NCBI GenBank assembly: GCA_034679225.1
Contig: JAXDBC010000074.1
Span: forward strand, 2,009 to 66,008
Source of the DNA: Bacteroidales bacterium
GTDB lineage: Bacteria; Bacteroidota; Bacteroidia; Bacteroidales; VadinHA17
Direction of reading: 5' to 3'
DNA: 64,000 nt
Part shown: piece by piece, positions 37,508-48,171 of the stretch
Numbering within the stretch: position 1 is the first letter of the stretch
How the letters are laid out: each line of letters begins with the position of its first letter
Translations under genes and position numbers: made by a program
The notes under the pieces: model-generated
The model's input: only the letters and a program-made list of their open reading frames with translations
What the model was told of the DNA's origin: nothing
Database searches by the model: none

Positions 37508-38482
37508 CTAATAACGGTCGAGCCATCTGTACTTGCGGGCACTGTCACCAAACCTGACCGCAACCGTAAATTCGTGAGTACCGTAAGTGATACGCTGTAT
37601 CTCCTGAAGTGTGAAGTCGAATGAATATCCTATGTGAAGATTCGTGTAGTTCAAGCCGAAACTAGCAATAAGGGCTTTTGTCGTCCTGTATGAAAGACCT
37701 GCCCAAATCCTCTGATCATATATATAGTTAAGACCAATGTCAGCCAGGGGCTTCAATTGTTCCGACATCATCAGGAGAGCGGAAGGAGACAGTTCCGTTT
37801 TACTGTTTACATAAAAGTAATATGATCCGAAAAGGTAGTAATGCCTGTCCATACTGAAATTCCGGTAGGCTTCATTGCCTATTTTGGCAGCCGCACCGAA
37901 CATCTGCTGGGTTGAGAACCCGGCATTATACCTGGGATTGAGAAGATATATCCCGAAATCTGCATCGGTAACAAAGACACCTCTGCGAAGCTCATTGTTC
38001 AACCAGGGATCGCTTGGATCCTCAAAGACTATTTCCCTTTCATTTATTTTGAAATGATAAGCTGTCGCGGCAAGGCCCATCGAAAGCTGAGTGTTGCTCT
38101 TTATCCACATGTGGTAGGAGTATGATCCCTGGAAACCCGTTCGTTGAACGATTCCGTTCTTGTCGCTGAAAACATAACCTCCAATGCCTACCTTGCCGTC
38201 GCTCCCGGGCCTGTAGATTTTTCTCCGGGAAGTAGATCTGATATTGTAACTTTTCTTCAGAAATCTTCCCTGACCGCTGAATGAAAATGTCCTTGGAGCG
38301 CCGGAATAACCTATCCATTGCTCCCTGGCTGTAAGGTTAAAACTTATATAACCGTCGGAACCTGCCACGGCGGGATTTATAAGAAACTTGTTGTAAAGAT
38401 ACTGGCTGTACAACGGCAGCTGCTGTCCAGATACGACCGCAGTGCAGAATATCAATACCGAAAATAAAACCAGTTTCTTCAA
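37508..38482 (-). CDS. PorP/SprF family type IX secretion system membrane protein
   Basis: Signal peptide followed by the family hallmark QQLPLYSQYLYNKFLINPAVAG. Beta-barrel-like sequence follows. It lies directly downstream of a type-B CTD protein. Confidence 0.85.
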   Translation of the reverse strand: MKKLVLFSVLIFCTAVVSGQQLPLYSQYLYNKFLINPAVAGSDGYISFNLTAREQWIGYSGAPRTFSFSGQGRFLKKSYNIRSTSRRKIYRPGSDGKVGIGGYVFSDKNGIVQRTGFQGSYSYHMWIKSNTQLSMGLAATAYHFKINEREIVFEDPSDPWLNNELRRGVFVTDADFGIYLLNPRYNAGFSTQQMFGAAAKIGNEAYRNFSMDRHYYLFGSYYFYVNSKTELSPSALLMMSEQLKPLADIGLNYIYDQRIWAGLSYRTTKALIASFGLNYTNLHIGYSFDFTLQEIQRITYGTHEFTVAVRFGDSARKYRWLDRY

Positions 38483-38497
38483 ATCAGTTTATGTTAA

Positions 38498-41400
38498 TTA
38501 TTTCACAATGGTAATGTTGCCGATGATGGGTTTCCTTCCGTTATGCAGATTAATTATGTAATGATAAGAGTCCATAGGCAGAATCGTGCCGTTACTCCTT
38601 CCGTCCCAGGGCATGGGATATCCCCTGCCCGACTTCCAGATGGTTTCACCCCACCTGTTGAATATAGTAACCTCCATTTCGGGATAGAGCTCCCTGAGTC
38701 CTATGTTCCAGACGTCATTAATATTGTCGCCGTTGGGTGATATTGCATTCGGAAGTTGCAGACACAGGTCATTCTCCGGTTCAATTCTAACGGACCTGCT
38801 TACACTGCACCCGTTTGCATCCGTAACGTTCAGGGTGTACACACCACTAACTGCATTGGTAATATCGGGCATCGTCGAATTATCCGACCAAAGGTAGGAA
38901 TAAACTGAGCCTGTACCCCCGGTTACCGTGGTTTGTATCTGGCCGTTGGGCATATCGGTGCACTGCGGTTGGGTAACGACAAATGATATAGCAATGGAGT
39001 CGGGTTCAGTGAGCAGAATTGTGGTGTCGGCCGTACAACCGTTCGAATCGACCGTTATAACTTTGTAATAACCTGCCATAAGCCCGCCACGATTACTTCC
39101 AACCTCGCCATCAGACCACAGATAATCAACACTTCCCGCATTATTGACGACTTCAACGGATATTGAACCTGTTTTTCCACCTGCGCAATTAATATTATAA
39201 CCTCCGGTAAGGCTCTCTGAAGTTGTAAGCGTGATCCCTAAAAGGCCCGGTTCCTCAAGATAAATCGTGTCGGTTACGCTGCACATCTTGCTGTCGATGA
39301 TATTCAGAATATATCTTCCCGCCTTCAGACCTGAAATGATGCTGTTTGTTGATGTGAATCCGTCAGGACCCTCCCATGAATAGATATACGGAGGCGTTCC
39401 GCTGGTGGGATTTATCTGGATGGAACCGTCGTAACGGCCGTAACATGTGATATTGAACCCGTTATAATCCGACACAACAGGCTCGTATGTGAGCGGAGGA
39501 GGATCTTCGATCATGATGCCGGCGGATTTATCACAAGCGTTGGCGTCGGTAACCACGACATGATATTCACCCCGGGTTAAACCTGAAATATCCTTTGTTA
39601 CTGCACCATTCGACCACAAATATGTATACGGTTCTATTCCTCCGGTGACTTCAAGTTCTATTGAGCCATTGTCGAAACCGGAATTCTGACAGGTTATATG
39701 GCTGGGTATCAGCTTAAGAACCAGTGCAGGAGGCTCAGTCAGTGTGATATCCGTTTCGGCAACACACCCGTTGAGATCGGTCACCAGAATGTGGTAGCTT
39801 CCTGCCGTAAGGCCGGGCTGATCCTGCTCGTTGTCCACTATCCCCGATCCGTCAGAGCTGGTCCAGACATAGCTGTAAGAACCCTCACTTCCCCCTGAAA
39901 CACTAAGATCTGCACTGCCGGTGCCTCCGTTACAGTTGATATTGAAGGATCCATCGGCAGAGACGGATGAAGTGACGCTGAGCACCAGCGGTGCAGGCTC
40001 CTCAAGAGTAAATTCCGGTCTGGGAGTGAGTACGCATCCATTGATATCCGTAACCGTACACGTGTATGTGCCTGCCTTCAGCCCCGATATATCACGGGTA
40101 ACTGCAGAAAATCCGTTGTCTCCCACCCATGAATAAGTATAATTGCCTGATCCTCCGGTGACCTGAATTTTAATATATCCATCGCTTGCCCCCTTGCATG
40201 AGATGTTGAATGCCATGTCGTTGCTGAGCGACACCTCGCTGGAGGCGAGAATCATCCCGGGAGGATCGGTCAGCGTTATGCTGTCAGTTTTCGTGCATCC
40301 CATGAAATCGGTGACCAGCACATAATACTTGCCTGCCGGAATGCTGTCGAGCCTGCTCTCATTGTTACTTATCGTGAGCGATCCTGATTCAGGATACCAG
40401 AAGTATGTGTAAGGGGCAGTCCCGCCGGTAGCCGAAGCTGTCACAAAGCCATCGCTGTACCCGTGGCATGAAACATTCGACTCCCCATAGTCGCTGACAT
40501 TCAGGCTGACTTGTATTGGAGCCGGTTCATTCAGCACTGCCTGCCTTATTGTTTCACAGCCGTTTATATCCCTGACCAGAAGAGTGTAAGTCCCGGCTCT
40601 AAGGTTTTCACAGATCCTGAATGTCGTTGGGATACCCGTATCATAATTACCGGAGAAAACGCCGGTGTAAAGGGTATCTGTCCCATTCCGGACAAACCAG
40701 TATTCATATGGGAAAGTGATCCCGTCCCTTACATAAATCCTTGCCACTCCGTTACTTCCACCGGGACAGGAAACATGGATATTAGGAAGAACAGGAATCG
40801 GGATGATCCTTGGAGTGGCGCTCAGATTGGCGATGTTGATGGAAGAATCGCCCTCGCAGCCAAGGTTATCAGTTACATTCAGCCAGTAGTATCCTGCATA
40901 GAGATTGGTGATAACAAGTGAGTCTTTCATGGTGTAACCGACAGGTCCTCCCCAGTTTATCGAATAAGGACCGGCACCTCTGGAGATTCTTGCCATAAGG
41001 GTTGCACGGCCACCACTGGTTTCGCAGGTGAAAGGCTCAAGGATATCGATACCCCTGACCGGCCTGGGATGAAGCTGAACTTCCTGAACGCCTGCTTTTC
41101 CGGCCGGACAGTTAAGTCCTTCAACTTTAGGAGTTATGCTGATAAATATCGACTGAACCGTATCATTTGTATTACTGTACTTTAACGACAGAACATCTCC
41201 CGGGATCATTCCGGTGCCGGAACCGGGATCTCCTGCCACAACTCCCGACGGAACAGCTATGTCATAATCAAACCTTATCTCACCGGAAGTCATCACGGTG
41301 GGTGATTCGAGCCGTATGGCCGTACGTTCGCCATAACAGATGGCAGGACTTACATTGACAGGCACTGCCCGCGGGGTGGGGTTGACCCATATATCTGCAC

Positions 41401-44400
41401 TATAGGGTGATCCTGAACACCTTAGGGCTCCAGACTGTGTTACAATATAGGGCAATACAGTATAGGTGACCTTTTGCGGCCGGTCGCTGATATTGTCAAT
41501 CAATTCCAGTATCTTTTCGCCTGACAGATACCCAATCCTACCGGCTTGTGTGTTGGATATGTTAACACTATCCGGAAATTCGGCCGCGACAGTGTAATCG
41601 AATCGCAGCGGTAAAGTTGCCTGGCTTATGCTGCGTATTTCAGTATTTGTTATGGTACTGTCACAGATTATGTTATCCTCTGTCACTAAATACACGGTTG
41701 GTGTCGGCTCCACCCAGATATCAATATCATAGGCAGATCCTGTGCATCGTACAGTTCCAGACTGTGTTACAGTATAAGGTACTACCGTATAGGTAAGCTT
41801 CTGTGCCCGGTTACTGAGATTATCGATACGTTCCATTATTTTCCCGCCTGACAGATATCCTGTTCTTCCGTCTTGTGTATTAATAATATTTACACTATCC
41901 GGAAAGGCTGTGTATACCGAATAAGCAAACTGCACCGGCAGCGTCGGATTGGAAATGCTCCTCATCTCTATTTGAGTCACATCATTATCGCAGATAGTAT
42001 CCTGCACAGGTATAAAATACATTGTCGGTACAGGCTCAACCCATACTTCCATGGTTGTTTTTATACCGGTACACCTGACATCACTTAATTCATCAACAGT
42101 ATATGGAGTAAAGTTAATAATAATTCGCTGTGCCTTGTTGCTCAAATTATTAAAAGTTTCAATAATAAAAGCTCCGTTTGGAAGAGATGAGCCGGAACCT
42201 GATGTTGTTATCTGAAGGCTGTCAGGTTCATCAACGTCTATATGGTAATCAAATCTCACCGGGAAAATCGGCTGAGTAGGAGATTCAACCTTAATATTGG
42301 TGGACTGCCCACTGCAAATTGTGTCCCGCGAAGGGACCAGTGTAAGCCGGGGGACAGGCTCAATCCAGATTGTCTGGATCTTCGTTGTTGTATTGTTACA
42401 GTTATCCTTTAATGTCCAGGTCCTCTTTATAAACCCGGCCTGGTCACAATCAACAAGTCCGGAATCATCATCAGTATATGTAGCTTCTAATCCGGTAGAG
42501 CAATTATCTGTTTCATCATAGACATCACCTGTTACAGAAGGTGAAATATCGTAGCTGCAATCAGTAGTGCGACAAATAATTATGTCGGCCGGGACTGTGA
42601 ATTCAGGCGGAGTCTGTTCACTGCCCGTGTTCGAATATCTCTGTCCCGTTAGTTCATTGCCACACTTATCTCTTACCGTGAAAGTATAAGTAACAGTCCA
42701 GCCACAGTCAGTACCTGTAACCTCGGTATCAGCCAAAGTAGCTGTAACAGCACCGCCGCAGTTGTCAGTGTAGCCCGACACGGCAGAAGCAGCATCGAAA
42801 GGAGCACTTATAGTGGCATTAGCCTTGCAGGAATTGATCCCGGTCAACCCGGTATAAGCGGTACCGGTCAGTGATGGAGGGGTCTGGTCCTTACCGGTGT
42901 TCGAATATGTCTGACCCGGGAGTTCATTGCCGCAGGCATCTCTTACTGTGAAGGTATAAGTAACAGTCCAGCCACAGTCATCGCCTGTAACAGAAGTGCC
43001 TGTAAGTTCAGCGGTAACAGCACCGCCGCAGTTGTCAGTGTAGCCCGACACGGCAGAAGCAGCATCGAAAGGAGCACTTGTAGTGGCATTAGCCTTGCAG
43101 GAATTGACCCCGGTTAACCCGGTATAAGCGCTACCGGTCAGTGATGGAGGGGTCTGGTTACTGCCCGAATGCTTAATAGTCTGACCCGGGAGTTCATTGC
43201 CGCAGACATCTTTTACCGTGAAGGTATATGTAACAGTCCAGCCGCAGTTATTGCCTGTAACGGCAGTGCCTGTAAGTACAGCAGTAACCTCGCATCCGCA
43301 GTTGTCAGTGTAGCCGGCAGCAGCAGCCACAGGATCAAAAGCAGGTGTACCGGCAGGCAGAGTAACAGCATTAACATAACAGGCATTGATATTGCTGGTT
43401 CCATCCGGAGCAGTTCCTGAAGGAGCAGTCCGGTCAACCGTCACGGTTGCTGAACTACTGATAATCGTCCCACAACCTTCACCGGCAGCGCTTATCCTCA
43501 CCCTGTAATAACGTGTTGCCGTTAGTACAGGTGTCGTATATGATACAGTTGCCGATCCGTTACCTTCTACAGCATTGGCCCAGGCATCGGAAACTCCATT
43601 ATCATCAGATTCCTCCCACTGATAGGTCAGAGAGGGAATACCCCCGGTGGCTGTAACACTCATTGTATGTGTTTCTCCCGAACATATCAGATCTCCTGAA
43701 GGCTGTGTCATTATTGCCGGATCCGGTACCACCGTTACAACAGCTTTATCCGTGAGCTCTGCGGAGCAGAGATTAGATAAACGTGTTGCTAAAACATTAT
43801 ATGTCGTTGATGTTGTTAAAGGCGATGAAAACAGTACAATATTCTTGCCTGTTCCAATAACCGGGGCTCCTGCAGGGCTATCATCACCATCATTTCGCAA
43901 TTGATAGGATACCCCCTTTTCAGAATCAGACAGAATTACTGATGCAGTACCTCCTTCACATATGGATGGATCCGAAACAGTCATATCTGTCCGGAGCTTT
44001 GAAACAAATAAAATAAGGTTATCTATATCCGAACATCCATCGGAATCTAATCCAATAACCCGATATGGTATGGTTTCCGACGGTGAAGCCGTTGGATGCT
44101 CAACTCTGGTATTACTCAATCCTGAAGAGGGAGTCCACAAAAATGATACGGCTGATACTGAACTGCCTCCAATAACTGCAGATTCTCCATAGCAAATAGA
44201 TTTATCAGGACCTGCATCAACTTGTAATGCCCCGGAACAATGTGCAGAATAAATGCAAATATCAAAAAAGCCATCTAACCCTCCCCAACCCCAAAATCTG
44301 ATAAATATAGTATCGCCTGCATTGTAATCCGTGCCTCTTGTAAAAGTCACCGGTTCAGGGAAGTTTGAATATCCGGGGGGATCAGCATCATCATCACAAT

Positions 44401-45169
44401 ACATATATGTTAAAGAAGAACAGGTCCCTTTATAGATAGCAAAAGAACCATCTTCGATGCCTCCTTCTGCTACGTAGTTTGAAATCCTTGAAACTTTTGC
44501 TGTAAAGTCTGGCACATCTGGAGCAATTACTTTAAACCATACATCATGAGCGCCATCAGAAAAATTACAGCCGGGATCACCAGGATATACAGACCGGGTT
44601 GCATCCAGATTATTAAAAATATTTGTTTTACATGTTCGGGTTACAGGCAAAGTAATTGCACCGCAAGGTTCATCATTAGCTAAATCGCAAGCTATTCTTA
44701 TATTCCATCCGGGCCGGTTTAGACTACTATTCGAAACAAACCTGAAGCTAAGGATCCGACCGGAAGATTTGATACTACCTGGTGTTGATGATATATTTGT
44801 GTATTGTGCAATTTTTGATCCATCACTGTCAAACACGAACAGAGTATCTTGTGCCCTGATCCATAAAGATTTAAAGATTGCTTTTATATGTCCTTCGGCA
44901 TATGGGGAAATAAATGCAATAGTGTAATCCTGATTATTCCCATAATTCCCACCAGGTCCACTGCTATCATAGAAATTTGCAAAGCATGTTTCCTTAATCT
45001 GTCCATTTGTTGAAGCATCAAGTAAGATGGTTTCCTGAGAGGAAAGATCAGTCCTTCCTATAAACATTACAAACCCGGCAGCAAACAATAATCTAACAAA
45101 CCGGATTACTGACAGTTTTAATGTTATTGGAACAATTTTATTTATGTTATCTAAACCTCTATATACCAA
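38498..45169 (-). CDS. Giant T9SS cell-surface adhesin (SprB-like) with a type-B gliding-motility C-terminal domain
   Basis: 2223 aa. C-terminus LPNAISPNGDNINDVWNI..VTIFNRWGE..WDG matches the type-B CTD. There are more than 8 SprB-type repeats (C.G..DG.I......GG..PY.Y.WS). Three HYR-like repeats of about 90 aa carry YTDNCG..CGWTVTYTFTV.D.CGNE, and three repeats of about 125 aa are PKD-like. The N-terminus has a CUB-like segment (FANFYDSSGPGGNYGNNQDYTIAF..DTLFVFDSDG). The TTG start as tracked is uncertain. Confidence 0.85.
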   Translation of the reverse strand: MVYRGLDNINKIVPITLKLSVIRFVRLLFAAGFVMFIGRTDLSSQETILLDASTNGQIKETCFANFYDSSGPGGNYGNNQDYTIAFISPYAEGHIKAIFKSLWIRAQDTLFVFDSDGSKIAQYTNISSTPGSIKSSGRILSFRFVSNSSLNRPGWNIRIACDLANDEPCGAITLPVTRTCKTNIFNNLDATRSVYPGDPGCNFSDGAHDVWFKVIAPDVPDFTAKVSRISNYVAEGGIEDGSFAIYKGTCSSLTYMYCDDDADPPGYSNFPEPVTFTRGTDYNAGDTIFIRFWGWGGLDGFFDICIYSAHCSGALQVDAGPDKSICYGESAVIGGSSVSAVSFLWTPSSGLSNTRVEHPTASPSETIPYRVIGLDSDGCSDIDNLILFVSKLRTDMTVSDPSICEGGTASVILSDSEKGVSYQLRNDGDDSPAGAPVIGTGKNIVLFSSPLTTSTTYNVLATRLSNLCSAELTDKAVVTVVPDPAIMTQPSGDLICSGETHTMSVTATGGIPSLTYQWEESDDNGVSDAWANAVEGNGSATVSYTTPVLTATRYYRVRISAAGEGCGTIISSSATVTVDRTAPSGTAPDGTSNINACYVNAVTLPAGTPAFDPVAAAAGYTDNCGCEVTAVLTGTAVTGNNCGWTVTYTFTVKDVCGNELPGQTIKHSGSNQTPPSLTGSAYTGLTGVNSCKANATTSAPFDAASAVSGYTDNCGGAVTAELTGTSVTGDDCGWTVTYTFTVRDACGNELPGQTYSNTGKDQTPPSLTGTAYTGLTGINSCKANATISAPFDAASAVSGYTDNCGGAVTATLADTEVTGTDCGWTVTYTFTVRDKCGNELTGQRYSNTGSEQTPPEFTVPADIIICRTTDCSYDISPSVTGDVYDETDNCSTGLEATYTDDDSGLVDCDQAGFIKRTWTLKDNCNNTTTKIQTIWIEPVPRLTLVPSRDTICSGQSTNIKVESPTQPIFPVRFDYHIDVDEPDSLQITTSGSGSSLPNGAFIIETFNNLSNKAQRIIINFTPYTVDELSDVRCTGIKTTMEVWVEPVPTMYFIPVQDTICDNDVTQIEMRSISNPTLPVQFAYSVYTAFPDSVNIINTQDGRTGYLSGGKIMERIDNLSNRAQKLTYTVVPYTVTQSGTVRCTGSAYDIDIWVEPTPTVYLVTEDNIICDSTITNTEIRSISQATLPLRFDYTVAAEFPDSVNISNTQAGRIGYLSGEKILELIDNISDRPQKVTYTVLPYIVTQSGALRCSGSPYSADIWVNPTPRAVPVNVSPAICYGERTAIRLESPTVMTSGEIRFDYDIAVPSGVVAGDPGSGTGMIPGDVLSLKYSNTNDTVQSIFISITPKVEGLNCPAGKAGVQEVQLHPRPVRGIDILEPFTCETSGGRATLMARISRGAGPYSINWGGPVGYTMKDSLVITNLYAGYYWLNVTDNLGCEGDSSINIANLSATPRIIPIPVLPNIHVSCPGGSNGVARIYVRDGITFPYEYWFVRNGTDTLYTGVFSGNYDTGIPTTFRICENLRAGTYTLLVRDINGCETIRQAVLNEPAPIQVSLNVSDYGESNVSCHGYSDGFVTASATGGTAPYTYFWYPESGSLTISNNESRLDSIPAGKYYVLVTDFMGCTKTDSITLTDPPGMILASSEVSLSNDMAFNISCKGASDGYIKIQVTGGSGNYTYSWVGDNGFSAVTRDISGLKAGTYTCTVTDINGCVLTPRPEFTLEEPAPLVLSVTSSVSADGSFNINCNGGTGSADLSVSGGSEGSYSYVWTSSDGSGIVDNEQDQPGLTAGSYHILVTDLNGCVAETDITLTEPPALVLKLIPSHITCQNSGFDNGSIELEVTGGIEPYTYLWSNGAVTKDISGLTRGEYHVVVTDANACDKSAGIMIEDPPPLTYEPVVSDYNGFNITCYGRYDGSIQINPTSGTPPYIYSWEGPDGFTSTNSIISGLKAGRYILNIIDSKMCSVTDTIYLEEPGLLGITLTTSESLTGGYNINCAGGKTGSISVEVVNNAGSVDYLWSDGEVGSNRGGLMAGYYKVITVDSNGCTADTTILLTEPDSIAISFVVTQPQCTDMPNGQIQTTVTGGTGSVYSYLWSDNSTMPDITNAVSGVYTLNVTDANGCSVSRSVRIEPENDLCLQLPNAISPNGDNINDVWNIGLRELYPEMEVTIFNRWGETIWKSGRGYPMPWDGRSNGTILPMDSYHYIINLHNGRKPIIGNITIVK
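42606..43425. repeat. Three tandem 270-bp (90-aa) repeats inside the adhesin gene; the two distal copies are nearly identical at DNA level
   Basis: GTAACAGCACCGCCGCAGTTGTCAGTGTAGCCCGACACGGCAGAAGCAGCATCGAAAGGAGCACTT occurs at about 42744 and again at about 43014, an offset of 270. The surrounding sequence aligns with few mismatches. Confidence 0.85.
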
Positions 45170-45497
45170 GCCCTTAGGATAATATTAAATAATAAAATGA
45201 TTTTCCCGGTATCTCTCTTCATATATTGAAAGCCGGTACTCATTTTTGTTTTTGCTCAATTCCACCCAATTCAGTAATATAAAAACGGAATATTCGCCTG
45301 TTTGTTATTAACATCTTATGAACAATCGCGTTTGTCAGTAGTTTTTAAAACAGTAGAAAATTCTGTTGTTTCAGAATTCAATTCCCGGCTATAAAAAGTG
45401 TGGAAAAACAAGACGCAGCTCTGTGCTTTTTACCTGCTTCCCAGAAATGTATCCGTATGGAGTGAAGAAGTCAGGAAAACATTGTATCTGGACTTTC

Positions 45498-45530
45498 TAA
45501 AAAAGCCGGATTGATTTTCTCAATCCGGCT
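45498..45530 (-). terminator. Rho-independent terminator downstream of queA
   Basis: On the minus strand, AGCCGGATTG-(7 nt)-CAATCCGGCT is followed by TTTTTT. It lies 41 nt past the queA stop. Confidence 0.6.
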
Positions 45531-45570
45531 TTAGAGTTTTTTTAGAGTTCTGCTCCCGGTTCCTTATGGC

Positions 45571-46620
45571 TTAAATTATCAGCATTGCATCACCATAGGT
45601 CCCGAACCTGTATTTCTCCCTGACCGCCAATTTGTAGGCATCGAAAGCCAGGTCGTAGCCGGTAAAGGCGGCTACCATCATCAGCAGTGTGGAGTAGGGC
45701 AGCTGGAAATTGCTGATCATCATATCCGGAACCTTGAATTCATAAGGCGGGAAAATAAACTTGTTAGTCCATCCGTCAAAAGGCTTCAGATACCCCGTGG
45801 TGGATACCGAGCTTTCGAGAGTCCTGACCACCGTGGTGCCGACTGCACATACTTTATTCTTGTTGTCCTTTGCCTTGTTCACCATTTCGGCAGCCTCTTC
45901 GCTGATCCTTATTCGTTCAGAATCAACCTTGTGCTTTGTCAGATCCTCAACATCAACACTGCGGAAAATCCCAAGCCCAACATGAAGGGTGATCTCGGCA
46001 AACTCAACACCGATTATTTCAAGTTTCTTCAACAGCTCCCGGCTGAAATGAAGCCCGGCCGTCGGAGCCGCAACAGCTCCCTCATGCTTGGCGAAAATGG
46101 TCTGATAACGCTCACTATCCTCCGGTTCAACCCGTCTGTTAATGAATTTCGGAAGAGGCGTTTCTCCAAGACTGTACAAGGTCTGCTTGAATTCCTCATA
46201 GCTGCCGTCAAACAAAAACCTCAGCGTTCTTCCCCTCGAAGTGGTATTGTCAATCACTTCTGCCACAAGCATATCATCCTCTCCAAAGTATAACTTGTTA
46301 CCAATCCTGATCTTTCTCGCAGGATCAACCAGAACATCCCATAGCCTCTGCTCCCTGTTAAGCTCCCTTAACAGAAAGACTTCTATCTCAGCCCCCGTCT
46401 TTTCCTTGTTACCGTACAACCTGGCCGGAAAAACCTTTGTATTGTTAAATACCAAAACATCATGCTCAGAAAAATACTCTGTGATCTCCTTGAAAATCCT
46501 GTGCTCATAAGTCCCCGTTTTCCTGTTTACAACCAACAACCTAGATTCATCCCTGTTTTCTGCCGGATAAAGGGCAATAAGTTCCTGCGGCAAGTTGTAC
46601 CTGAATTGTGATAGTTTCAT
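45571..46620 (-). CDS. queA: S-adenosylmethionine:tRNA ribosyltransferase-isomerase
   Basis: N-terminus [29 protein letters not shown], and AAPTAGLHF. Confidence 0.9.
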   Translation of the reverse strand: MKLSQFRYNLPQELIALYPAENRDESRLLVVNRKTGTYEHRIFKEITEYFSEHDVLVFNNTKVFPARLYGNKEKTGAEIEVFLLRELNREQRLWDVLVDPARKIRIGNKLYFGEDDMLVAEVIDNTTSRGRTLRFLFDGSYEEFKQTLYSLGETPLPKFINRRVEPEDSERYQTIFAKHEGAVAAPTAGLHFSRELLKKLEIIGVEFAEITLHVGLGIFRSVDVEDLTKHKVDSERIRISEEAAEMVNKAKDNKNKVCAVGTTVVRTLESSVSTTGYLKPFDGWTNKFIFPPYEFKVPDMMISNFQLPYSTLLMMVAAFTGYDLAFDAYKLAVREKYRFGTYGDAMLII

Positions 46621-46656
46621 TTTTTCAATAAATGATATTTGTTTTTATGAAATCCT

Positions 46657-47382
46657 TTATACGGATGATTTTCCAATATGTTTCATTTTTGAGATAAAAT
46701 CTTCAAATTTTTCAAGAGAAAATGCATCCTTCAGCCTATAAGGGCCAATTGAGGTTCTTACAAGAGCCGACAGACAGGCTCCGCTTCCCAGGGCTTTGCC
46801 CAGATCACTTGCAAATGACCTGACATAGGTTCCCTTGCTGCAAACAATCCTGACCGTGATATCAGGAATGTCGGAGGATATTAGTTCAAGCTCCCTGAAA
46901 TGGACCGTTACCGCTGTCATTTCCTTTTCAATGCCCTTTCTCGCATATTCATAAGCCCGCTTCCCTTCAAGCAGCTTTGCCGAATGAACAGGAGGTACCT
47001 GCTTCTGCTCCCCAAGGAAACCTTTCAGCACCCTGATGATAAATTCCTCTGTTATATGTTCAACCGGAAAGCGACCGTCAACCTCCGTCTCACGATCGTA
47101 TGAAGGGGTTGTCTCACCCAGACGAATGGTCGCGATATATTCCTTGTCGAGATCCCTGAATTCCTCTATTCTTTTTGTTGCCCTGCCTGTACAGATAATA
47201 AGCAGACCGCTTGCAAGAGGATCGAGTGTGCCGGCATGACCGACCTTGATCTTCTTAATGCCTAAAGCGCTCCTGATCATTATCCTGACCTTGTTAACAA
47301 GGTCAAAAGAGGTCCAGTAAAGGGGCTTGTCAAACAAGAGAACCTGCCCGGCCTCAAAATCAATGCTTTCCAGCTTCGACAT
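46657..47382 (-). CDS. truB: tRNA pseudouridine(55) synthase
   Basis: Catalytic motif GHAGTLDPLASGLL. Confidence 0.9.
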   Translation of the reverse strand: MSKLESIDFEAGQVLLFDKPLYWTSFDLVNKVRIMIRSALGIKKIKVGHAGTLDPLASGLLIICTGRATKRIEEFRDLDKEYIATIRLGETTPSYDRETEVDGRFPVEHITEEFIIRVLKGFLGEQKQVPPVHSAKLLEGKRAYEYARKGIEKEMTAVTVHFRELELISSDIPDITVRIVCSKGTYVRSFASDLGKALGSGACLSALVRTSIGPYRLKDAFSLEKFEDFISKMKHIGKSSV

Positions 47383-48165
47383 CTACAGGAACAGAATAGT
47401 CAGCAATCCAACCAGAAGACAATAAGCTGCAAACCAGATCATCCTGCTTTTTCTAACTATGTTTATCATCCATTTGCAGGCGGCGTATCCTGAAATGAAA
47501 GCAGTAAGGGTGCCGGCAATGAGAACTGCAGGGCTAAGGCTTTCGGTCATCTTGTCGGTGCTTGATACTACCTCAAGGAAATTGGCTCCCAGGATAGGAA
47601 TGAGAACCATCAGAAACGAAAACCTTGCAAGTTCATCCTTGCGGTTGCCCAGCATCATACCGGTCGCGATGGTTGCGCCCGACCTTGATATACCGGGTAT
47701 TGCGGCAAAGGCCTGTGCCAATCCAATGATAAAAGCATCGCGGTAAGTTATGCTTCGCCCCTTCCCTGAAGCAAAATGCCCAATTGTAAGAAGCAGTGAT
47801 GTGACCAGCAACATCAGGCCGATCAGCAACATGTTCCCGCTGTACAAGCCTTCCACTTCCTCTTTCAGGAAAAACCCGACAAGGGCCAGAGGAATCATCG
47901 AAACGAATATCCTGAGAACATATCCGGTCTCTTCATTCATCCTGAACTTAAACACTCCTCTTATCAGATCCGCCAATTCCTTCCGGAATACAACTATGGT
48001 ACTCAGAACGGTTGCTCCGTGAACAGCTATGGTAAAGTAGAAATTCTTACCCTTGTCAAGCTCAAACAAGGCTTTCCCAATCTCCAGATGCCCGGAACTG
48101 CTTACGGGCAGAAATTCTGTAAGTCCCTGAATAAGGCCAAGGACAATGGCTTCAAATAAGTTCAT
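47383..48165 (-). CDS. uppP: Undecaprenyl-diphosphate phosphatase
   Basis: LPVSSSGHL motif, PGISRSG motif, 8-TM-type profile. Confidence 0.9.
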   Translation of the reverse strand: MNLFEAIVLGLIQGLTEFLPVSSSGHLEIGKALFELDKGKNFYFTIAVHGATVLSTIVVFRKELADLIRGVFKFRMNEETGYVLRIFVSMIPLALVGFFLKEEVEGLYSGNMLLIGLMLLVTSLLLTIGHFASGKGRSITYRDAFIIGLAQAFAAIPGISRSGATIATGMMLGNRKDELARFSFLMVLIPILGANFLEVVSSTDKMTESLSPAVLIAGTLTAFISGYAACKWMINIVRKSRMIWFAAYCLLVGLLTILFL

Positions 48166-48171
48166 CCGGGA

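Noticed and set aside
45170-45570. Searched the larger intergenic gaps (7091-7526, 13446-13700, 16862-17397, 23173-23407, 45170-45570, 62655-63250) for tRNA/rRNA genes or transposase remnants
   Set aside because: By eye I found no cloverleaf-compatible sequence with a GTTCRANNC T-loop, no rRNA-like stretch and no transposase/integrase ORF. A tRNAscan/Infernal run would be needed to exclude small RNAs formally.
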